A stretch of DNA of 64,000 nt from Armatimonadota bacterium. GTDB lineage: Bacteria; Armatimonadota; UBA5829. A model generated the notes under the pieces. The model had not been told where the DNA came from. It saw nothing but the letters and a program-made list of their open reading frames with translations, and did not search any database. Location of the stretch: NCBI GenBank assembly GCA_050948905.1, contig JBMNES010000001.1:896129-960128 (forward strand). Reading direction: 5' to 3'. Position numbers and translations under genes: made by a program. Positions 56,530 to 64,000 of this stretch are shown here, one piece after another (the first letter of the stretch is position 1; every line of letters begins with the position of its first letter).

Positions 56530-57486
56530 ATGTTAAAGCTGATAAGATGCCTGTTATTATGCGTCATCGTAAGCTGCTTCGCCACAAGCTCTGCGCATTC
56601 CACCCGCGTGACCGGCAAAGTCACCGAGATATCCGGGCAAAATCTGACGGCCAGCTTCTCGGTGCCTGTAAAGCCCAATGCGATTATGGTAGTCCTTTCG
56701 GGGAATGGGGAGGCTGTGGCCGGCACGGCTGTGTCCCAACGATGTTCCGGGCTGGGGCCCTACTGCGTCAGCGGCAGCATTTTGTTTGTTGGTGACTCCG
56801 TTAACCTCGTGGCTGGCAGGGAAATTTATGTCAACTCAGTAGATACACTCCCCGCGCCCAGCAAGGTCACTGCGCCGAGCCCACAACCTGCCGCCAGTCC
56901 CCCGACCAACGATTTGAAACTCTACTACTACGCCGCCGGCCAAAACGTGGGTTATGGCACGCTCGGCCTCGGTTATGAACGGACAGTGCGCGTCAGCCGT
57001 GGGCTGGGATTAGAGTTGGACGGAGGCATAACAGCTGTAGGCAACCTGAACAGCCAGGATGCTAGCGTGGTGGACACAGACCAGCTTATCAAGAGCCTCA
57101 ACGCACGCACCCGCTTCGACTTCAGCGACACCGCAGGGTTCTATGCGGCTTATCGCTGGTCTGAAGGGCGAGGAGATGATAAAAGCTGGTCACGTCTGGT
57201 CAGCAATCTGCCCGGCAAAACGTTTGTCGCGCCCTCGGAGTTCGACGATGGCACGGTAAGGCAGCAGGGGCTGGAGTATGGGCTTACCTTCCGTCCCACC
57301 GGGAAATTTGCACTATCGGTCGGCTTCATTCCACAATATCGCACCGACTACGGCATGTTCGGAGTATGCACCGCTCCGGGTTACACAGGGGAACTACGCT
57401 TCGGCACAGGCCGGGGCGCTTTGAGACTGCGCGGGGTCAAGTCCGACGATTATTGGCAGGCCGATTTAGGCATCACTATCCGATAG
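56530..57486 (+). CDS. Exported hypothetical protein with probable C-terminal beta-barrel
   Basis: Signal peptide, Pro-rich linker, amphipathic strands. Confidence 0.55.
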   Translation: MLKLIRCLLLCVIVSCFATSSAHSTRVTGKVTEISGQNLTASFSVPVKPNAIMVVLSGNGEAVAGTAVSQRCSGLGPYCVSGSILFVGDSVNLVAGREIYVNSVDTLPAPSKVTAPSPQPAASPPTNDLKLYYYAAGQNVGYGTLGLGYERTVRVSRGLGLELDGGITAVGNLNSQDASVVDTDQLIKSLNARTRFDFSDTAGFYAAYRWSEGRGDDKSWSRLVSNLPGKTFVAPSEFDDGTVRQQGLEYGLTFRPTGKFALSVGFIPQYRTDYGMFGVCTAPGYTGELRFGTGRGALRLRGVKSDDYWQADLGITIR

Positions 57487-57517
57487 AAAAAGCCCGGCCC
57501 TGGTAAAGGACCGGGCT
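57486..57517. terminator. Terminator hairpin between convergent genes
   Basis: AGCCCGG...CCGGGCT stem preceded by an A-tract (U-tract on the minus strand). Confidence 0.65.
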
Positions 57518-57527
57518 CAATTGCATC

Positions 57528-58943
57528 TTACGAGGGCACTTCGTCAAGCGCCTTTACCTCGCCCAGCGGCGAATCAAGCGGATCACGCCTGCTCGGTCGC
57601 AGCGTCCAGGTGAACGCCAATAACACCGCTGCCAGGAAAGTACATCCTAAAATCGCGCCAATAATAATGTTCCAGGCTACGTGTTTGTTATAAAGCGCAG
57701 TAAAGTGATCCTGCATCCATCCAAACGCCCAGGATTCAATCACCTTTCCCGCATACCCAACCAATCCAATGAACCCCGCCACAGTGCCGATCGCTTTTTT
57801 TGAAGTTAAATCCAGACTCTGCACCACGATTAGATTAATTACCGGATACACGAAGAATCCGACCAGCCCCAACATCGTGAAATCCAGCCAAAGCATGCCT
57901 TTAGGGGTAAGAAGAATCGCGATAAAAGCTCCTAAAATAGGGATCATACAAAGAGTCGACACCATCCCTCGTCGACCCCCCAGCCTATCTGAGACCCAAC
58001 CCAGCAGAATCGTGGAAGGCACCCCTCCGAACTCCGTTATTACAACCGCCAGGCCACCTGCTGTAATGGTTGCGCCCTTGATCTCTCGCAAATACGTCGG
58101 CCCCCAGTCCAGCATACTGTAACGGGACACATAAGCAAAGAAGTTTGCAAAGGCTAAAAGCCACACGTATTTGTTAAGCAGCACATGATCGATAAAAAGC
58201 TCCTTAAAGGAAAGCTCTCGCTCCAGTAAGTCTCCATCGTTGGTGTGAGCCGGATAATCGTTGTTGTATTCCTCAATTGGAGGCAGCCCAACAGACTGTG
58301 GAGTATCCACAAGCCTGACGAATATATACAACGCTCCCGCCAGAGCCATTATTCCAGGAACATAAAAAGCATAATGCCATCCCCCGAAATGGATGACAGC
58401 CCACGCTGCGATATATCCACAGACCCCGCCTCCCACATTGTGAGAAGTGTTCCAGATACTAAAAGTCAGCCCGCGCTCACGCTCACTGAACCAGTGACCC
58501 ATCGAACGGCCGCACGGAGGCCAGCCCATTCCCTGTACCAGTCCGTTCAGCGCCCACAACATCAAATGCAGCTTAAAGTTTCCGGCGGCGCCAAAAGCAA
58601 AATTGCACAACGCCGTCAAAAGCAAACCCAGCGACATAAACTTGCGCGCGTCGCTGCGATCCGACCAGGCGCCCATAAAGAACTTACCTATTCCATAAGT
58701 GGCAGCCGTAATCGCCATCAACAGGCCGATGTCGGATTTGGTGTAGTGCAGAGCACCCTGAACGTCCTTGGCAACTACGGAGAGGTTATTGCTTCTAAGC
58801 AGGTAATAAGTGGCGTAACCAAGGAATGTAGCTTCCATCACCCGCCAGCGATACTTCGGGTAGCGGCGCTTTACTTCTTTATCAGGCAACTGCTTGATGT
58901 GCGGGGCGGCCGCAAGGGGATTCTTGAATCTCAGAAAAGACAT
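57528..58943 (-). CDS. MFS organophosphate:Pi antiporter (GlpT/PgtP/UhpT family)
   Basis: YLLRSN, QGMGWPPC, WNTSHNVGG, DTPQSVGLPPIEEY and DWGPTYL motifs. Confidence 0.9.
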   Translation of the reverse strand: MSFLRFKNPLAAAPHIKQLPDKEVKRRYPKYRWRVMEATFLGYATYYLLRSNNLSVVAKDVQGALHYTKSDIGLLMAITAATYGIGKFFMGAWSDRSDARKFMSLGLLLTALCNFAFGAAGNFKLHLMLWALNGLVQGMGWPPCGRSMGHWFSERERGLTFSIWNTSHNVGGGVCGYIAAWAVIHFGGWHYAFYVPGIMALAGALYIFVRLVDTPQSVGLPPIEEYNNDYPAHTNDGDLLERELSFKELFIDHVLLNKYVWLLAFANFFAYVSRYSMLDWGPTYLREIKGATITAGGLAVVITEFGGVPSTILLGWVSDRLGGRRGMVSTLCMIPILGAFIAILLTPKGMLWLDFTMLGLVGFFVYPVINLIVVQSLDLTSKKAIGTVAGFIGLVGYAGKVIESWAFGWMQDHFTALYNKHVAWNIIIGAILGCTFLAAVLLAFTWTLRPSRRDPLDSPLGEVKALDEVPS

Positions 58944-59104
58944 ACTACCTCCTGTATCCGGTCCTATCGTCGATTCAAGACCTGCCGGATATGCCTATAT
59001 TAGCCACATCCCGACAAACCTCCTCCAATTTATAAAGCAGCTTTCACCCAGAATTATAGGTCGACTGGCTAATTATTCTTTTCGAGTTCCTGGCCTAAAA
59101 ATAA

Positions 59105-60058
59105 CTACTCATAAACGCCATATTTACGCCACACTTCGAGCATCAACTCATATCTCGCCAGCCGCATGCCTGTGTAGATGCAGTTGCTTGTGGAGAAAAT
59201 ATAACCGCCTCCTGGCATCCCGTGCTTCAGGCAGTAGCGCGCCGACTCGATCACTTCCTCATCAGTACCCGTGTCGAGCATCCCACAGTTGACGTTTCCA
59301 ATCAAACAGACTTTGTCCCCGTAAAGTCGCTTGACCTCAGCTATATCAACACCCGCCTGCGGGTCGATGGAGTGCAGCGCATGTGGATTTGTCTGCACAA
59401 GCTGGTCGACTATTGGCATAATATTGCCGTCTGTGTGCTTGATAGTATAAAATCCCATATCCCTGTATCCCGCGATAAGCCTGGCCAAATACGGTGTCAC
59501 AAACTCCGAGAACTGGTTCGGGCTGAGAAATGGCCCCGTGTTCAGGCAATAATCCGCACACAGCGCGAATCCGTCCAGCCCACCGTGCTTTGCTATTTCC
59601 TCGGCGTTTCTCAAAGCACCATCCACCATAGCATCCGCCTGCTTTTTGACCCCCTCCGGGTCATCGACCAGCCGGTAGCTAAAATCCACCATGTGGTTCC
59701 CGTCAGGAATCGAATAGGTGGCGTCGCCGTGGATCATCAGGAAATACTTGTCACCAGTCTTATCTCTGATGATATCAATGAGCCGGAAGAGTTCCTCGTT
59801 GCCGCCGGGGTTTGGATGAAGAAATATCGCGCTGTGCTCATAACGCTCAGCAGTATCGATAAACATATCGGCCATATCGTGTCTATGGAGCTGGCGTTCC
59901 TTTTCCTCCATCTGCTGCCACTGTCCGTAGCTGCGCTGAGAGGTATGCAACTTCCCAAACGCCTCCATAGTCAAGAAAAAGACGAGTTCGAAGTGCGGCA
60001 CCCGCCCAGTAATCGGCTGATGCGTCAATGCTGCGATAAATTTTTCTTTAGGTGTCAT
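59105..60058 (-). CDS. Uroporphyrinogen decarboxylase (UroD/MtaA-like) family protein
   Basis: MTPKEKF..AL, KHTDGNI, LIGNVN and PGGGYIFSTSN motifs. Confidence 0.82.
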   Translation of the reverse strand: MTPKEKFIAALTHQPITGRVPHFELVFFLTMEAFGKLHTSQRSYGQWQQMEEKERQLHRHDMADMFIDTAERYEHSAIFLHPNPGGNEELFRLIDIIRDKTGDKYFLMIHGDATYSIPDGNHMVDFSYRLVDDPEGVKKQADAMVDGALRNAEEIAKHGGLDGFALCADYCLNTGPFLSPNQFSEFVTPYLARLIAGYRDMGFYTIKHTDGNIMPIVDQLVQTNPHALHSIDPQAGVDIAEVKRLYGDKVCLIGNVNCGMLDTGTDEEVIESARYCLKHGMPGGGYIFSTSNCIYTGMRLARYELMLEVWRKYGVYE

Positions 60059-60070
60059 AATACCTGTTCT

Positions 60071-60385
60071 CGGTTGTCGGTTGTCGGTTGTCAAGCCCCG
60101 TCTAGATGGGCGGCGATCTCCGAATCGCCGCCCCACAACCCCTTCCCCGTCATTTCGAACGAAGTGAGAAATCTGCTTTTTCGATGTCCGATATCCGAGG
60201 TTCGAAGTCCGATCTAGCCTTCTGAAGCTCTCCATACTACCGCGCCATATCGTTATTTCTGGCTTTCGCTTCTTTCGCGCTTTCGCGTTTCCTCACCAAT
60301 ATCTGCTTTTTCCGATGTCCGAAGTCAGACCTACGAAGTCCGATTCCAATAAATCCAACTATGTATTATTTCGCGGCTTTCGTGT
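60071..60385. repeat. Mosaic repeat cluster
   Basis: (CGGTTGT)3; AGATGGGCGGCGATCTCCGAATCGCCGCC; GTCATTTCGAACGAAGTGAGAAATCTGCTTTT; TCCGA heptamers; TTTCG 9-mers. Confidence 0.85.
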
Positions 60386-60392
60386 TTATCCC

Positions 60393-61364
60393 CTACCACG
60401 CAAACGCTTCCGGCGCGGGGCCTCCGGGGCCTGGGAAGATGGCGTCGAGTTCCTGCAAAGTCTGCTCCGAAAGCTGAATCTCCAGCGCCCTCAGCGATCC
60501 GTCGAGTTGTTGCATTGTCCTCGGCCCCACAATTGGAGCGGTAACAACAGGATTAGACAACAGCCACGCCAGCGCGACGTCAGCAGGCTCCTCGCCGAGC
60601 TTTTCGCACAAAGCCTCATATTTCTCCAATTTCTCCCTGTTAAGTTCGACCTTTTCCTGCACTCCCCCTTCAGCTCGTCGTCCCTGCGAGGCTTTTTTTA
60701 ATGCTCCGCCCAGAAGACCGCTTCCGAGCGGGCTCCACGGAATGACCCCAAGACCGTAGTGCTTGCAGGCGGGCAGAATCTCCATCTCCACCGTGCGCGC
60801 CGTCAGATTATAAAGGCACTGCTCCGAAGACAACCCCATAAAATTGCGACGCTTCGCAGCCTCGTTTGCCATAGCGATATGCCAGCCCGCGAAATTACTC
60901 GACCCGACATATATCACCTTGCCCTGCGCCACCAGCGTCTCCATCGCCTGCCAAATCTCCTCCCACGGGCAGTCGCGGTCGATATGGTGCATCTGATACA
61001 CATCGATATAGTCAGTCCTCAGCCTGCGCAGGCTCGCCTCACACTGCCGGATAATGGCAAGCGCCGAGAGCTTCTCCTCGTTTGGCCACTCACCCATTTT
61101 GGAGTAGACTTTGGTGGCTATGACCGTCTTCTCCCTGCGCCCTTCGCCTTTAGCAAACCATCTTCCGACGATATTCTCGGTTATTCCTTCGCCAAGCTGC
61201 CATCCGTAGTTGTTGGCGGTATCAAAAAAGTTAATCCCGTGTTCGTGGGCGCGATCCATAATAGCGTGACTATCGTGCTCATTTGTCTGCGGCCCAAAGT
61301 TCATCGTGCCCAGGCAGAGTCGGCTGACCACCAACCCGCTGCGTCCGAGATGAGTGTAAAGCAT
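60393..61364 (-). CDS. Aldo/keto reductase
   Basis: LCLGTMNFG, FDTANNYG, IATK, TDYIDVYQMH and PWSPL motifs. Confidence 0.93.
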   Translation of the reverse strand: MLYTHLGRSGLVVSRLCLGTMNFGPQTNEHDSHAIMDRAHEHGINFFDTANNYGWQLGEGITENIVGRWFAKGEGRREKTVIATKVYSKMGEWPNEEKLSALAIIRQCEASLRRLRTDYIDVYQMHHIDRDCPWEEIWQAMETLVAQGKVIYVGSSNFAGWHIAMANEAAKRRNFMGLSSEQCLYNLTARTVEMEILPACKHYGLGVIPWSPLGSGLLGGALKKASQGRRAEGGVQEKVELNREKLEKYEALCEKLGEEPADVALAWLLSNPVVTAPIVGPRTMQQLDGSLRALEIQLSEQTLQELDAIFPGPGGPAPEAFAW

Positions 61365-61447
61365 AGCTACCTCCCGTGGATTCAAGCTGAGTTCGATAAT
61401 TATGATGCCCTGAGATATCGTCTGTCAAACCAGCTACGGCCGCTTCC

Positions 61448-61477
61448 TTGACCGTGAGATACGTCCGGGAGTATAAT
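61448..61477 (+). promoter_or_regulatory. Sigma70 promoter of gyrA
   Basis: TTGACC-18 bp-TATAAT upstream of the GAGG RBS. Confidence 0.6.
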
Positions 61478-61511
61478 TGGTAGGTCAAATGTCACGAGAG
61501 GACCCCTCAAT

Positions 61512-64000
61512 TTGAGTAACATCGCTCGGGAAGTAATTCCCATAAACATCGAGGATGAGCTGAAACGGTCGTATATGGATTATGCGATGAGCGTAATCAT
61601 ATCCCGTGCTTTGCCGGATGTAAAAGACGGCCTCAAGCCGGTTCAGCGGCGTATTTTGGCTGCTATGAACGACCTCCACCTCGGCCCATCCGCACAACAC
61701 AGAAAATCCGCCAAAATCGCCGGTGACACTTCTGGTAACTACCACCCACACGGCGAACAGGTGATATATCCGACCATGGTTAACATGGCTCAGGACTTCA
61801 AGGCCCGCTACCCGCTCATCGATGCGCAGGGTAATATGGGCTCCATCGACGGCGACCCGCCGGCGGCTATGCGATATACGGAAATGCGTATGAGCCCGTT
61901 TGCGATGGAGATGCTTGAGGACCTGGAAAAAGATACGGTCGATTGGCAGGACAACTACGACCAGACCCGTATGGAGCCGCTGAACCTGCCGGCCAAGTTT
62001 CCTAACCTGCTATGCAACGGCAGCGAGGGTATTGCGGTCGGTATGGCTACCAAAATGCCGCCGCATAACCTCACCGAGGTCTGCGATGGCCTGATCCACC
62101 TGATAGATAATCCTGACGCGAGCATCGAGGACCTTATGCAGTTTGTCAAAGGTCCGGATTTTCCGACGTCGGGGTTGATCCTCGGTGTAAAGGGGATTCG
62201 ATCAGCCTATGAGACCGGTCGCGGGCAGATTATAATGCAGGCCCAGAGCACCATTGAGCCGCTGGAAGGCGGCAAGAGCGCAATTGTGGTCACAGAGCTG
62301 CCTTATCAGGTCAACAAGCAGACACTGCAGGAGAAGATCGCGCTGCTTGCCCGCGAGCGCAGAGTCGACGGCATCACCGCGATGTACGACTACTCCGATC
62401 GACACGGAATCAGGCTGCAGATCGAGCTTAGACGTGACGCACATCCGCGCAAAGTCTTTAATTATCTGCTCAAACACACCGACCTGCGCAAGACTTTCGG
62501 CGTCATCAACCTCGCGTTGGTAAACGGACAGCCGCGGGTGCTCAATCTGCGCGAGCTGATGCAGCATTACATCGACCATCGAGTTGAGATAGTCGAGCGA
62601 CGCACCAAGTACGAACTTCAGCGCGCACTATACAGGGCGCATATTCTTGAAGGCTTGCGGGTGGCGGTCGACTTCCTTGACGAGGTCATTCGCATCATTC
62701 GCGGGTCGACCAACGCCGAGGACGCACGCACAAAATTGATGGCTCGGTTCGGGCTGTCGCAGCTTCAGGCCGATGCTATCCTCAACATGCAGCTTCGACA
62801 ACTCACCGCTCTTGAGCGCGAGAAGATCGAAGAGGACTATAAAGATTTGCTCAAGCGCATTGGCTGGCTGGAAGACCTGCTGGCTGATCCGGTAAAGATC
62901 CTTGGGGTTATCAAGGGCGAGCTTAAATATATAAAGGACAAGTACGGCGACCAGCGCAAAACCCGCATAATCCCGATGGAAGCGGATGAGATCGGTGAGG
63001 AGGATATGATCCCCGACGAGGAGACCATAATCACCATCACTCGCGACGGCTACATCAAGAGGGTTCCGCTGGACACGTATCGTTCGCAGAGGCGCGGCGG
63101 GCGCGGCAAAATCGGTGTGACGGCGAAAGAAGAGGACAAGGTCCTGCACATGTTCGCGGCCACGACGCACCATTACGTGCTGTTCTTCACCGATGGCGGC
63201 CGCGTATACAGGCTTAAGGCCTATGAAATCCCGCAGACCACGCGCACTGCGATGGGAACCGCTATCATCAACCTGATAAACATAGAGCCGGGGGACCGTA
63301 TCACCGCGACCGTGGCTATCAGGGAGATGGACAAAGAAGGCTTTATCGTGATGGCCACTGAGCAGGGACAGGTGAAGAGAAGTGCTCTCGAACTGTTCCA
63401 TAATATGCGCTCCAATGGCCTGCGTGCGCTTAATATCGCTGAGGACGACGCGCTGAAGTGGGTTGAGATATCCAGCGGCAGCGACGAAGTCATTATGGTG
63501 ACCCACAACGGCATGTCGATTCGCTTCAGCGAAAAGGACGTTCGTAGTATGGGCCGTGCGGCTGGAGGGGTTCGGGGAATCAACCTCACACCGGGCGACC
63601 GGGTTGTGGGGATGTGCCTGGCGAAACCGGACGCAGAGCTGCTGGTTGCCACTGAAAAGGGCTACGGCAAGCGGACGCCGTTGTTGGATTATCGCAAGCA
63701 GACCCGCGGCGGCAAGGGCATCAAGACGATGAACATCACCGAAAAGACCGGTAAAATCGTCGAGACGGCTGTTGTTGACGACACCGACAAGATCGCGATA
63801 GTCACCACTATGGGCATCCTTATCAAGATTCGCGTTAAGGAGATACGCTCCACTGGTCGATCGACGCAGGGGGTTCGGCTTATCAACCTCGGCGCCGGTG
63901 ACGGGGTCGGCGGATTGGCAAGGATCCCGAAAGCCGAAGCTCCGGACAATGGCGATAAACCGAAGAAGAAACTGGATCCTGTGTCACTTACTGACGATGA
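61512..64000 (+). CDS. gyrA: DNA gyrase subunit A; 3' end lies beyond the window
   Basis: Manual translation from TTG 61512: SYMDYAMSVIISRALPDVKDGLKPVQRR, YHPHG, AAMRYTE and GyrA-box QRRGGRG. Confidence 0.96.
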   Translation, partial: MSNIAREVIPINIEDELKRSYMDYAMSVIISRALPDVKDGLKPVQRRILAAMNDLHLGPSAQHRKSAKIAGDTSGNYHPHGEQVIYPTMVNMAQDFKARYPLIDAQGNMGSIDGDPPAAMRYTEMRMSPFAMEMLEDLEKDTVDWQDNYDQTRMEPLNLPAKFPNLLCNGSEGIAVGMATKMPPHNLTEVCDGLIHLIDNPDASIEDLMQFVKGPDFPTSGLILGVKGIRSAYETGRGQIIMQAQSTIEPLEGGKSAIVVTELPYQVNKQTLQEKIALLARERRVDGITAMYDYSDRHGIRLQIELRRDAHPRKVFNYLLKHTDLRKTFGVINLALVNGQPRVLNLRELMQHYIDHRVEIVERRTKYELQRALYRAHILEGLRVAVDFLDEVIRIIRGSTNAEDARTKLMARFGLSQLQADAILNMQLRQLTALEREKIEEDYKDLLKRIGWLEDLLADPVKILGVIKGELKYIKDKYGDQRKTRIIPMEADEIGEEDMIPDEETIITITRDGYIKRVPLDTYRSQRRGGRGKIGVTAKEEDKVLHMFAATTHHYVLFFTDGGRVYRLKAYEIPQTTRTAMGTAIINLINIEPGDRITATVAIREMDKEGFIVMATEQGQVKRSALELFHNMRSNGLRALNIAEDDALKWVEISSGSDEVIMVTHNGMSIRFSEKDVRSMGRAAGGVRGINLTPGDRVVGMCLAKPDAELLVATEKGYGKRTPLLDYRKQTRGGKGIKTMNITEKTGKIVETAVVDDTDKIAIVTTMGILIKIRVKEIRSTGRSTQGVRLINLGAGDGVGGLARIPKAEAPDNGDKPKKKLDPVSLTDD

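Noticed and set aside
61448-64000. gyrA without an adjacent gyrB, or possibly parC
   Set aside because: The GyrA-box QRRGGRG supports gyrA, and separated gyrA and gyrB genes are common.

Overview
A 64-kb bacterial chromosomal window of mostly housekeeping and energy genes. The gene set (secretin, pilin-like protein, polyGly lipoprotein, Hdr-Flx, CdaA/CdaR, SigB/F-type sigma) suggests an anaerobic diderm, possibly Armatimonadota; this is inference only. In order it holds: a metal ABC operon that includes a pilin-like gene and sits behind a perfect GTGTTAC-N13-GTAACAC operator; eno, cdsA, prs, polA and sppA; tRNA-Leu(CAA) followed by an AT-richer glycosylation islet plus fluC; a c-di-AMP cluster (cdaA-cdaR...kimA-STAS/USP-mazG); an hdrCBA-flxDCBA operon interrupted by a GIY-YIG nuclease, three orphan hicB genes and a secreted protein; two Tat oxidoreductases; a two-gene cassette between 75-bp direct repeats; a type IV pilus operon pilMNOPQ-pilB-pilT-pilC; HADs, a GlpT-type transporter, a UroD-like protein, an aldo/keto reductase and a partial gyrA. 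The strongest novelty candidate is the gene just downstream of pilC: a SigB/F-type sigma factor fused to a catalytically degenerate GGDEF domain with an intact RxxD I-site, a possible c-di-GMP-gated sigma factor. The second is an Ssn-like GIY-YIG gene flanked by its own hairpin repeat, whose dispersed copies carry one-sided 21-23-nt tandem arrays and join other repeat families in mosaic intergenic elements. No CRISPR array, rRNA, integrase or transposase was found. Family assignments come from motif reading, not database searches.
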